Shown here in pieces: positions 24,769 to 37,544 of a stretch of 64,000 bases of DNA; the stretch's first letter is position 1, and the number at the start of each line of letters is the position of its first letter. This DNA is from Veleropilina oligotropha (lineage: Eukaryota). The stretch lies in NCBI GenBank assembly GCA_048128005.1, contig JBEUKZ010000081.1:124001-188000 (forward strand). Reading direction: 5' to 3'. Under the pieces are notes generated by a model, which saw only the letters and a list, made by a program, of their open reading frames with translations, did not search any database and was not told the origin of the DNA. Both the position numbers and the translations under genes were made by a program.

Positions 24769-26474
24769 AACTAGAAATATATGTTCCCCGGAACATGGAA
24801 TGCCTCCGGTATAAGCTTGCCAAGTGATATGAATTTTGGTTGTCTACATGACTAATAGGGAGAAATGTAACTGTACTTATTAATGTATAAGCAATAATTA
24901 AAATTTCCATTCAATATTCGAACTCATGACAGTTCAAACTTATATCTGTTAGCAAACAAAAGCAGAAGGAAGTGGTTTGAGATCAACTTCCAAAAAATAA
25001 GTGACTTCCTTATATATAAATTATGCTCCATAGGCTAAGTCCAAAAACCCAATAAAACATGGAATAAATTTAAAAAATTGTTCAATATTCGAACTCATGA
25101 CAGTTCAAACTTATATCTGTTAGTAAACAAAAGCTGAAGGAAGTGGTTTAAGATCAACAGCAAAAATAATAGGTGACTTTCTTGTATATAAATTGTGCTC
25201 CATAGGTTATGTCCAAAATCCCAATAAAACATGGAAATAATTAAAACATTCGTTCAATATTTGAACTCATGATAGATCAAACTTATATCTGTTAGTATAC
25301 AAAAGCTGAAGGAAGTGGTTTGAGATCAACAGCAAAAATAATAGGTGACTTTCTTGGAAATAAATTGTGCTCCATACGCTATGTCCAAAAACCCAATAAA
25401 ACATGGAAATAATTAAAAAATTCCTTCAATATTTGAACTCGTGATAGATCAAACTTAAATCTGTTAGTATACAAAAGCTGAAAGAAGTGGTTTGAGATAA
25501 ACAGCAAAAATAATAGGTGACTTTCTTGCATATAAATTGTGCTCCATAGGCTATGTCCAAAAATCCAATAAAACATGGAAATAATTAAAACATTCGTTCA
25601 ATATTTGAACTCATGATAGATCAAATTTATATCTGTTAGTATACAAAATCTGAAGGAAGTGGTTTGAGATCAACAGCAAAAATAATAGGTGAATTTCTTG
25701 TATATAAATTGTGCTCCATAGGCTATGTACAAAAACCCAATAAAACATGGAAATAATTTAAAACATTCGTTCAATATTTGAACTCATGATAGATCAAACT
25801 TATATCTGTTAGTATACAAAAGCTGAAGGAAGTGGTTTGAGATAAACAGCAAAAATAATAGGTGACTTTCTTGCATATAAATTGTGCTCCAAAGGCTATG
25901 TCCAAAAACCCAATAAAACATGGAAATAATTAAAACATTCGTTCAATATTTGAACTCATGATAGATCAAACTTATATCTGTTAGTATACAAAAGCTGAAG
26001 GAAGTGGTTTGAGATCAACAGCAAAAATAATAGGTGACTTTCTTGGAAATAAATTGTGCTCCATAGGCTATGTCCAAAAACCCAATAAAACATGGAAATA
26101 AATACAATTTTCATTCAATATTCGAACTCATGATAGTTCAAACTTATATCTGTTAGTGTAAGAAAGTTGACAGCGGTGGTTACTTGTTATCAGCAAAAAT
26201 AATAGGTGACTTTCTTATATGTAATTTATACTTCAGAGACCAAAACATTGAAAAAATTAAAATATTCAATCAATATTCAAACTCATGATAGTTTGATCGT
26301 ATATCTGTTAATATGTCAAGTTTGGGGGAAGTGGCCTCTCAGTAACATGGATAAAGATCCATGAGATCTAATGTGTCACGGACGGACGGACGGACGGACG
26401 GACGTACCAAAAGCATGATGCCCCCAGTGGCAGTGAAGTAGTAGTAGACCGACTAAAGTCGGATGGGGGCATAA
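24769..26474. mobile_element. HINE-like element carrying about nine ~172-bp tandem core repeats
   Basis: AACTAG start with ATGTTCC..GGAACAT hairpin; TCAATATT(C/T)GAACTC recurs at 24911, 25082, 25254, 25426 and onward; (ACGG)n; ATGCCCCCA...TGGGGGCAT end hairpin. Confidence 0.8.
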
Positions 26475-26741
26475 TAAGCCTCACAGTGAAGACTCATGCA
26501 TGAGGTAACTGAATGGTAAACTGAACAGTTAACTTAATTTCAGACACTGAAATGTTCCATTGTAAAAGCAAATAAAAAACTATCTTTTTCAAATTAAACA
26601 AGCTGATAATACATCGAAAAAGAATTTACCTATTTCTATTAAAAACCTGAAACTAATAATTATTTGTTTATGTCTGTACACAACACATTATACATATATT
26701 ATCTGAAACCTCAGACTCCTAATAAAATTAATAATTTAACA

Positions 26742-26954
26742 ATTTAATGCATTATACAGCTGTATGACCTGATTTAATGCATTATACAGCTGTATGACCT
26801 GATTTAATGCATTATACAGCTGTATGACCTGATTTAATGCATTATACAGCTGTATGACCTGATTTAATGCATTATACAGCTGTATGACCTGATTTAATGC
26901 ATTATACAGCTGTATGACCTGATTTAATGCATTATACAGCTGTATGACCTGATT
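26742..26954 (+). repeat. Perfect 30-bp minisatellite (ATTTAATGCATTATACAGCTGTATGACCTG) x7
   Basis: Seven identical copies; explains ORF 26736-26981. Confidence 0.97.
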
Positions 26955-27732
26955 TTGCAAACAGCTGAGCATATAAATCAATTAAAGCAAATAGTTAAAA
27001 GTAGTAAGAATTCATTGGTGAAGTAGAGGGGCAAATTGATGACATTACAGAGCTCTTAGATCTGTAATGAAAAGCAATGAATTAAGCATGCCGCAATCGA
27101 TACATCGGCACCGATTGACTATACAAATAATCACGAAGCAGACGAGAATTTGTCGTCTCCTGTGCCGGCTCGAAGGGGTGCTTCATAAATGTAGTCCTTA
27201 AAATGACATGATTTTATTGATTCGGTTATGTAAGTTAATTACAGTCTAGCAACAGTAACCGTCCAGAAAATGTCAAATAGTGGCAATATTCCAAAATACT
27301 GATCTTTGAATGCGGTTGAATGTGATTGTGCATGGAGTCCAATTCTCGAGGATATAAATATTAAGCCCTGGAGTGCATAGATGTCATTGGCAATAATTCA
27401 CTGGTGATGGAGGGCACTCGGATCTGGAAGTCTGATCCTGAATGACTGTATAGGCATGCTAATCTGCTAATGCAGCGTTAATTACTGCACTCTGCCACTT
27501 ACATCCAGGCACACTCTAACTATAGTAATTAAAGCATTCTGTAACACGCATCCTGAATGTAACAGTAACTGTTACTAACTAGGAAAATAAACACATTGTG
27601 TTACTGGCATGATGAAGAGTTTAACATATTACGTAATTTTGTCACAGCCACACTGCATATATATATAACTAACCTTGTGTAATTCTGTCACAGTCGGAGT
27701 GCAGAGTCCTGTTACAAGCATACTGATTGTAA

Positions 27733-28146
27733 AGCCCCATTTACACTACCAAATATAAGCCGGGTTATAAACCGGTTTATTTTAATGCACATTTTATTTG
27801 GCGTGTGTAAACACAAATAAGTCGACTTGAATCGGCTTAAAATAATCCACCTCCTGATGTAGTTTGAAACCGGCTTAAATATTCTAATTTGACTTATCTT
27901 GTAGTGCAAACGCTCAAGTGACTTCGAACCGGTTTGCCTCGCTTTGAGTTGTATGTATGCATGCACACATGCTTCTATCGATGGGCATGACTTGGACCTA
28001 TTGAGCCGACCTACGATTAAAAGGTGATAACACCAACATAAATAATCTGTAATTGGGTGTTAACACACATTAAGCGGGATTATTCTAAACCGGTTTTGAA
28101 CCGGTTCATTTTCATTCGGCTTATATTTGGTAGTGTAAACAGGGTT
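27733..28146. mobile_element. PIF/Harbinger-type MITE (414 bp)
   Basis: TIR core TTTACACTACCAAATATAAGCCG / CGGCTTATATTTGGTAGTGTAAA; TAA on both sides. Confidence 0.8.
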
Positions 28147-29986
28147 TAAGATGGGCATTTAAATGCCCTCTGTCATAGGCATGCTGAGTGCATGTAACCA
28201 TGGCAATTAACACATTTTATTGCAAGCATTATACAGTACCTGAATGTTAACTCCTGAAATCAACACATTCTGTCATATGCATATTAGTGTAACATGTACA
28301 GGTATAATGCATGCTTTCATCAGCATACTGCATTTAACTCATTCCATGTTTTGTTTGGAAGTTTCTTGTTGGTGTCACTTGAACGAATTCACTGTGAAAA
28401 ATAATCTAAGTATAGGTTATAGATGTATTATCAGGTTTGGTTGTCTAATCGTCAAAGCATTCAGTCTAGAATGAATCGTCACAACAATGGTTTAATGATA
28501 AAATAATTGTCTATGGACAATAAACTGCTTATTAAAGACAATTTATGAAAGATAAAAGTTCCTAAATTAAACAAAAGTTAAATAATCAAATGCATGTTGA
28601 AAATTATAATGTACATAAGACATAACTAAAAGGTAATTAGGCTCTCAACAGAGATGTTAACTGGCAGCTCCGATTATTATAAGCCTGCAAAATTGTATCC
28701 ATTATGATTTCAGTTTGCGTTCGGAAGCTTGACACTGATATTAGAATGTAAGGTTTTATGATATGTTTACAAGAAGACGGAGGTTACTCAACATTTTTCC
28801 TATATAATCACGGAGGTAACTAGTGCATTTTAAGCATCTTACTTTCACATTCATAACGCCTTTAAGCTGTCCGCTTGGATATAGGGTTAAGATATATGAT
28901 TAGGGTTAAGAAAATCGATAATACATATAACATGTATACAGTGTACATGTAGATTAATTGTGATGTAATTGCTGCACAGAAATTATTGCATTGTATATTT
29001 ATCCATAATTAACACATGATACATATGGGAACATTTTATTGCCCTTCAAATACAAGAATCAATATTACTAAGTCAGTATATTCTAATGTAGTATGCTCAG
29101 TGTATATCCACGCCGACAGCCTTTAGAATCAACTCGGCCGTGAAAGCAAGATAATTTATTGATCATAGCAAAACGCAACATCGGTGCTCTGCCTATATTT
29201 TTGAGTAGCGTGTACTTGGTGCAGGTAACGCAGATATAATCAATAGACAGCTTCCTCGGAAATCCATAAAATATGCATGAAAAGTTGGCAGGAATATTGG
29301 CGTAAAATTTAGTGAATTAATCACATAGCGTGACTGTCTACAGAAACTGTCAGTACGTCTATTTATCAGGATGGACTGGGGTATGTTTATCCAGTTAATA
29401 TACAGCAGTATCCACTCCAGGCTAGTCATAAGCTGTGCTTAGAGTATCATTATAACGCCTACTCAGGTGCTCAGGAATCGACAAAGACAACTCAGGGTCA
29501 ATGCCTATTACGCTACTGATGGGTAATTATATGTATATGATAAAAGACTCATTTCCATAATGAGTGCATTTCAATGATTAAGTTTAATTTAAATTAAAAT
29601 GACAGAAAGCCAGTATATTTTACAAACTTTCATTTGATAATGCCACAGGTATAGCAGTTTAGATACACATTCCTTTATATAGCCAAGGCTTAGTCTGATG
29701 GGTCGATCAAATCATGCATCCAGCACAGCTAATAGCTAAAATATCATTCATTGCTTCCAATGGAATAAACTAATTATCACCTGATGAACTATGTTCCTGT
29801 GAGATATGGACAAACAGCAATTCCTAGGCTAGCATTAAAGAAATGCATTGTAGTAAGGAATAGTAACTTAATCGGATCAAAGATAAGTATGTGTAGGTAA
29901 ATAATATGAAGCAGTGAGTCTCCTTCAAGCAGTGTTAATATACATAACACACTTCGTGTATATCACTCCTGATTATTGAAGTCGAA

Positions 29987-30688
29987 AACAAGAGGCTTTT
30001 CAACACAATTATAGCTTCGCTGAAAAGGGTTGCATCAATATAGTCAAATAACTAGAGAAATTTGGGCAGAATTTCCTCATGTATTAGCATGCCAATATGC
30101 AGGATAGCTGTCTTGGTCAAGTCCAATTTCCGAATTTCAGCAAAACCTTTTTCTAATAATCACAGTTTAACTTATAAGTTAAGAACATCATAAGCAATGA
30201 TCATGCCAATTTAGGCAAAACGTTATCAGACAGTTTTGGAGATATACACATTCCAAGAGAAAATTTGGCACAGAAGTAAATTTTCTAAGTCCCAAAAGCT
30301 AAATATTAATAAAACAGCAATGTAGAATTTTGCTAATTTTTTCAGTATAATAATTCATTGTTTAGAACAAAAAAAGGCTCTGATGATGCCAAATTAGCCA
30401 AGTTATCAGACAGTTTTGTAGATATTCACATTCCAAGAGAAAACTTGACACATTTAAAGTAAATTATCTAAGTCCCGTAAGCTAAATTTTAGAAAAACCG
30501 TGAAGTCGAATTTTGTAATTATTTCAGTATATATGTCCAGTACATCATAAGGAAGGGCTTAAGCTCATGCCAAATTAAGAAAAAGTTATCAGACAGTTTT
30601 TGAAATATTCGCATATAAAGTCAAAAGTTGACGACGGACTAAGTGGTGTCGGAAAAGCTCCGCTGACTTCGTCACAGCAGAGCTATAA
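29987..30688. mobile_element. HINE-like element with ~180-bp internal repeats
   Basis: AACAAGAG start, TATAGCTTCGCTG / CAGCAGAGCTATA subterminal inverted repeat, three GTTATCAGACAGTTTT cores, terminal hairpin. Confidence 0.65.
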
Positions 30689-32314
30689 AGATGAATTCAT
30701 CGATATCCGACATGGATGCATAGATACATTGATGAAGTTCAATACATACATGTATTAATGAGATGCATCATAATTGATGCTGAACGCAGTAGATAGCATG
30801 TAAATACCGTGGATGGGGTATTAATTACTCGATATATACATGTATACAAATGCAACCCACTGAACCTTAACACTCAACATGCATTTATACATATTACTTA
30901 TCATCCATCATCGTGTGTGCATTCAGTGCGATATTTTGAAGATTTACATTTATTTAATTTATAATGTTAATATGTTACTTCTTTACAATTTATTCATACA
31001 TAACTCAGCTACTAGTGGCTGATGAAACGGGTTTGAATTCAAATATCAAACTGATTGGGATTATAAACGAAACACCCACATCAACATTTTGAATCGTAAA
31101 TAAATATCGATAAATCTGCAGGTACCACTTTTGGGTTGCAGGAAATCTTTGATTGCTAGCTTCCATTACGGGATATTCCATCCTTCTCATTCAGTGCTAT
31201 ATGTTAGCATTCCGATGTCAATGAAAGCATGATTGATTCCAGAGTCTCGGTAAATACCAAATCCTTCTAAAAGCATACTATGAAAAAGTTGAATAAATAG
31301 CCTGCAGGATGGAATAATGATGTCTGGTAAGCAGGGCTCCATCAGAAACTCTATCCGCTAATACACAAGATCCAAATGTCAGTCATGAAATCCCCACATA
31401 TCTACTGTTCAAGATATCCCAAAGCTCTGCAGAGATATAATGCGAAGAATTCAATTTCCATCCAACGCACTATAATGACTGAGTACTGTTGGGCAAGCCG
31501 AACATGTAAATGCATAACACAGGCTGGTCATTATATAAATCAAAATACATATACATAGAGCAAACCAATTGGCATAAACATTATTGGATTGTACAGATTC
31601 ATGTATGCACAAATAATTTAACGGTTAAATAAAGCTCTAGACTACATAGTCTCTATGAATGCTTGATAGATGTGGCAAATCCCCAATATTATTATAATGG
31701 GAGGATGCTGTCCCATGCAAAAACGTATTAGTGGTCATAGATACCATGCCAGCTGAATGTGGCAAGATCATTTATTAGATTGGGTTCATTACTCGAGGTT
31801 ATATGGCATCTACATGCATGGGCAATCTGCACGTTTTTTTATTTAACTCATTAAGTATCAATGACGCCTGTAGGCATCCTGAAATACCCTGCTTGAATCC
31901 CCAATTACGCCTGTAGGCATCATAAAAAAAACCTACTTCAATCCCAATGACACCTGTAGGCGTAATGTCACATTATGCTTGAAAGTCATTTAGTTGCTTA
32001 TAAAAATAATCGTGCACATATCCTCTAGTGAAGAATAGCCAATAACAGTGCTTCTTATAAATCTTATTTGGTGTTTGTCTCTTTAATTATTTGCTAAGAA
32101 TTTCAGGAGGCTACATTTTTGGATCGATTTTGATATTCATTCAAATAGCTCTCCAGGGGAGCAGCCCAGTAAAACGTCATAAGGGATGACGTCACAATAT
32201 AACGTTGGTACTTAATTCTTTAGCAACCAAATTAATTCCGCGAAAACGTATTGACAGCCATGTATAGATTGTAAATTGTCTATATTATCCTTAATATCAC
32301 TCAAAAACAAATAA

Positions 32315-33662
32315 AACTAGATATGTCAGAGTGACACGAATGCCCCCGCTGAAACAACTGCCCAGGAATGAAAGAAATTCGAAGTAAACAGGCATAACTC
32401 TCTTAACATTGCATTTACGCATTTAACAATGTATGAATAAGTATACACCTACATTCCAAATATAGTTTCGTTCCATGAATGTATTCAGAAGTTATCGTCC
32501 AGAATTGAAAACAAAATTAAATTAATAATTAATGTCCTATGTCTCCTAAATGAATTTGGGAATTTATAGAAATGAAACTCCACTTAGATATTCTGATATA
32601 CATGATGTGTATATCAAATTAATTTAATTTGAATCCATGAATGCCTTAATATTGCGCAGAATCTAAAGCATTCATTCGAGGGACAAACATGTGTAACAAT
32701 AAATGCTTTCCATACTTCGTTTTGCAGGGGACCGGGCATAAAATTTCTTTCCAATGATATTACACGTGTATACCAAATTTAATTTATATCCATGAAGGCA
32801 TTATCAAGTTATCGGCCGGAAATGGGAAAAAAATTTCATGTTGATGAAGGAACATAACTCCCTTATGTGAAGGCGGAATTTCACCGAAATCGAACTCCAC
32901 TTAGCTATTATGATCATACACGTGAATATCAAATGTAATTTAAATCCATGAAGGCATTCTGAAGTTACCGCCAGGAAATGAAAAAATATTTCCAAGTGAA
33001 TCAAGGGGCATAACTCTCTTATGGAACATGGGAATTTTACCGAAATCGAACTGCACTTAGCCATTACGATCATACACGTGAATTCCAAATTTTATGTAAA
33101 TCCATGAAGGCATTCTCAAGTTACCGCCCGGAAAGGAAAAAATGTTTCCAAGTGAATCAAGGGGCTTAACTCCTTTATGGAAATTCAGAATGTTACCGAA
33201 ATCGAACTTCACTTATGTATTATGATCATACAAGTGAATACCAAATTTAATGTAAATCCATGAAGGCATTCTCAAGTTACCGCCCGGAAAGGAAAAAATG
33301 TTACCAAGTGAATCAAGGGGCATAACTCCATTATGGAAATTCAGAATGTTACCGAAATCGAACTTCACTTCGATATTATTATCATACACGTGAATACCAA
33401 ATTTAATGCAAATCCATGAAGGCATTCTGAAGTTACCGCCCGGAAATGAAAAAATGTTTCAAACTGAATCAAGGGGCATAACTCCTTTATGGAAACTCGG
33501 AATGTTACCGTAATCGAACTTCACTGAGCTATTATGATCATCCACTGGCATACCAAATTTCATTGAAATCCATGAAGGCATTCTAAAGTTATAGCCCGGA
33601 AACAAAGTTCGGACGGACGTGTGCAACACTATATGCCCCCAAACTTCGTTTAGGGGGCATAA
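32315..33662. mobile_element. HINE-like element with 156-bp tandem cores
   Basis: AACTAG start, ATGCCCCC subterminal motif, AAATCCATGAAGGCATT at period 156, GGACGGAC, ATGCCCCC...GGGGGCAT end hairpin. Confidence 0.78.
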
Positions 33663-33756
33663 CTATATCAGAGAATTCAGAAATGAATTATTAAAGCTTT
33701 CTGATGATGATAATGGTTATTTATTATTTTATAATTTGGTCATTATTGCAGATATA

Positions 33757-33964
33757 CTGTAAAACCCTATATTTTAGCGTGCCTTTTATTTTTGCGAGTT
33801 TCGTATACCTAATATTATCGCGAAAATAAAAGTCTGCGACATATTGCATGGAATAAAGCTCAATTAAAATATGGATTAAAAATCGCTAATTTACAAGGCC
33901 GCTAATATACAGGTATATGAGTAATCGCTAAATTTTATGGCCGCTAAAATATAGGGGTTTACAG
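33757..33964. mobile_element. Tc1/mariner-type MITE (208 bp)
   Basis: TIR CTGTAAAACCCTATATTTTAGCG / CGCTAAAATATAGGGGTTTACAG flanked by TA on both sides. Confidence 0.85.
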
Positions 33965-35842
33965 TACTAAATTGATAGAATAAGAAAATGAAGTAAAATT
34001 TATAAAAAAATACGTTTCATGACTATAATATTTCATAATTAACAAATTTTCATACTTTATCTTATATATTCTGTGAAAGTATCCATATATGAACAGTTTG
34101 GTGTAAAAACATTAGTCCACATGCTGATGAAGAGTCCCAGTGGTACTTGACATGATATAGCTGGTGGTTTTTTAAAATGATGAAAAAAACATGATGAAAC
34201 GAAATTATGTGAGAAGGACTGGTATTTTCAATGAATGGTGTATCTTCTTTGGGTATAATATCGTTATGATGAAATCTCTTTCATTTCGGACTGAGTCAAC
34301 CACTCCCTTAGCTGGCGTCTGTGTCGTGAAGTGAATGGAACACGACAATCCGAGGCGGCTCCACAGATTCCAGATTATCCGAATAGCACTGAAAAAAAAA
34401 TTATAATAGTACATAAAATGCATAATATATAATTAATAATATACAGAGATTTACACACAAAAAACATTCATGACTTCATATAATATTGTTATCAAATCAA
34501 TAAAAAACATGTTTCAATCAAGCAATCATAGTTTCATATTCATATGAACGTGTGCAGAAAAAGTCATCAGCTGTTTGTTATAAGTTGTCTTTTATTTAAT
34601 TTTCTAATTATTATATTGGTATTAGGCTTTGAATTCACTTATTTACAAATAATATATTAGATAATAAATTACGTAGTTAATTGTTACTTACTGTGATAAA
34701 ATCATCTTTACTTTATATATTCATCTCATCACCGCCACGCCCCCTCTTGATATCGCTAATCAGCTGTGATAGTTCTGTATCCCTGTATTTGACCTTCATG
34801 ACCTGACACTGCTGGCTTCAATATAGAAAATGGGGCTATCTAAAATGTCTCTTTGAAGTCATTTTTATGACTTTCTACCCACTGTGCTGTTCCTTTGGTG
34901 CAGACATAATGCTCTGTCAATAACAGCAATAAAATTTGATGTTGATAGATAAACCACTGATATAAGTTTTCCAGCGAAATAAAGTTTGCAAATGGCGTCC
35001 TCGACGATCGCATATTTAAATGAAGAAGTAAGGTCACCGGATAGGCCCATGCTTAATTTGACTTCCATAAAGCAGGAAAACGTATATATATAGGCTATTC
35101 AAAAACTGCGGTCACGCAACGTCCGGCTATGTCACGAAAGAGTTAATGAGTCCACGTTCGTAACAATGTGGTATTTTGAATGCTTGCAACGACTTGTGGA
35201 TATTTCACTCTCGCTCCACAGGATTTTATTTTTTTATTTTACTTTCTGCTTGTCAATGTTCAACAATCACAAAGCATATGAATAACGTCATGTCATTTGC
35301 AACTAACAGATTATTCAAGTGCAGAATAACAGGATAAAAATTTGATTGTCGAATAATAATTTTGTTATCCACTTGTTGCAACATGTACCGGTATATATGA
35401 TGGGAGTCTTTGTGGCAGCTATTTGTCTCCGTCATTGTGGAATAAAAATCGATGTCATGTATCAGACAATGTGTTACAAGTTTGATGTAACAATTATTTA
35501 GTTATTTATTTATTTTTATTTATTTATTTATTTAAGTGAACAACAGACATAAAATCCAATAATAGTTCACGGTAACGCTATATACATACAACATAAAATA
35601 TTAATATTAACAACAGCAATGTTATGACAGTAATTAATAAATAAAAGTAGAATAAACAATATATGTATATATAAAAACCTATAGAACTTAAAAGCAATAA
35701 AAGATAAGGTCAAATAAAAGCAAATAAAATCAAATAAAATTGAAACTAAAATCAGGTCACAAGCATTAGATAACTGGTCGCAAATATTTAGATAACATTC
35801 TTTTAAAATGTTATCTAAATATTTGCGACCAATTATTTAGTT

Positions 35843-36102
35843 GCCCTGGTAGTCGTGTGGTGTAGAGCGCAGACTCTGAAATCACTGGTTCGATTGCGCC
35901 AACTAACATCGAATCTCCACTGGGGCATTAACATTCTTTGTCCGTTATCAATCGCAGTTGTCTGTAACTGGTTGGAGAGGGTGATTTTCACGGGCGACCA
36001 GGTTTTCCTCTCACGATACTATGGATATCATCACATGTCCTGCCTTGAATATGATAGTTGTAAATATACAAGACATATTAAGACAAATATATCAATCCAT
36101 CC
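35843..36102 (+). mobile_element. Old tRNA-derived SINE, family B
   Basis: Degenerate tRNA-like head; body CAGTTGTCTGTAACTGG..GAGAGGGTG..GGTTTTCCTC shared with 46003-46285 and 54880-55107. Confidence 0.6.
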
Positions 36103-36222
36103 ATACAGAAGTATTTATCAAAACTCCACGTGACCTCATTTAGACAAATTAAACAACACGGATTTTGCTAAATGAAAGATGATTTCTATATTGGCATTTA
36201 ACTACAGTAGAATGACACCCAT

Positions 36223-37436
36223 TGTGGCGGTGTGCAGCTAGCGAAAGTCAAGTCAACCCGGAGTGTTGTAAATACAGATTTATTCCTCGATGAAGAACAA
36301 GCCGATAAGAATAAACCGTCAACTGGAATGATACAAAATCCAAACGTTGCATTAGTTTCTATATTATCATTCAGTTAACATTCTACGATAATTCAGTTAC
36401 AGGTAAATATCAAGACACATGTACATGATACTAAGCCAAAACACAAGTGTATGACAATGAGCTAACTGCAAGTGTATCATATTAAGCCATGACGTGAACA
36501 TAAGTATCACAATGACAAACAGGGGTATATATATATATATCAATATGATAGTGAGAGATACATATAATATTACGTTAGTGCATAATACAGCAGTACATGT
36601 ATGAACAGACAATTCAAAGCAGATATCATCAAGTTAATACAATAACAATAATACTGACCGACTTTGGGCCATCTAGGAGCTAGCGTTTGCACAGGTAAGT
36701 ATCAGGATCTTCATGGTCACTTCAATGGTCATTCAGGTGCAACGACACTGGTAAATAACAAACGTTCCAGTAAATACAAGGTCAACTAATGGTCTTAACA
36801 TTAAATGTATGTAACGTATTCAAACATTGGTACATAATATCGAAGTAAACAAGTACAAACTAGCAATTTACTATGGTTGCAAAATATAGGGCATATATAC
36901 CTTTAACGCCTTGATGCTAACATGACATCATAGAATAGTAATAATAATCAGAGTTCACTTATGACGTACAACGATATCTAATAATAATGAACTTACAAGT
37001 TCTTGAGAATATATCTTCATATAGTGAATTCAGGAAATGCCTTTCGTAGGGTAAATATAGTCATAAACACAGATACACAATTTGTGTCAGCCAAATGAAC
37101 GGCGCGTCTCAGATCAACACGTGTGCGCACTAATACCAAATATAGTGCACATATATCATGGAGTCAAGTAAACCAAATGAAAAGAATATATATTCGACTT
37201 GCTAATTAGTTGTAATACAAATAGTACAAGTCTGAGAGTAAAAATGGACTAATTGCGCTTCCATCCAGTGCCAAACGACATGGGACTATTTGTCATATTG
37301 ACAGCGTGTGAATTAAACAGCGGCATTGTTTTAAGGTCAGACAAGGTATCACGTGACATATCATGTGACACATGCAATATATCGTAAACAAGGACACGTG
37401 TAGTATTGATAAACGATCGAGGTAGGTGCAGCTACA
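36223..37436 (-). repeat. 3' LTR of the BEL/Pao element
   Basis: Direct repeat of 44109-45322; minus-strand AATAAA at 36279-36284 near the LTR end. Confidence 0.95.
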
Positions 37437-37446
37437 CTCCCACTCC
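37437..37446 (-). promoter_or_regulatory. Polypurine tract (GGAGTGGGAG) of the BEL/Pao element
   Basis: Purine-rich tract immediately 5' of the 3' LTR on the element's sense strand. Confidence 0.8.
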
Positions 37447-37544
37447 AAATCACTATGATTTTACAAAGAACAATATCAAAATTACAGTTTTACAATCTAA
37501 CATACTCAAATACTTTCAATTAAAGTATTATAAGGATAATATCA

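Noticed and set aside
26736..26981. ORF with NQVIQLYNAL repeats resembling a coiled coil
   Set aside because: Translation of the perfect 30-bp minisatellite; no synonymous variation between units.
31843..35146. Single piggyBac-like element bounded by TTAACTC...GAGTTAA
   Set aside because: The inverted match is only a few bases and the interval holds unrelated sequence; more likely separate fragments or chance.
35388..35435. MTETNSCHKDSHHIYR as the missing first KCNAB coding exon (ends in YR, phase 2)
   Set aside because: The donor would be the weak GTACAT and only the YR dipeptide matches; a similar chance match exists near 24749. Not supportable without transcripts.
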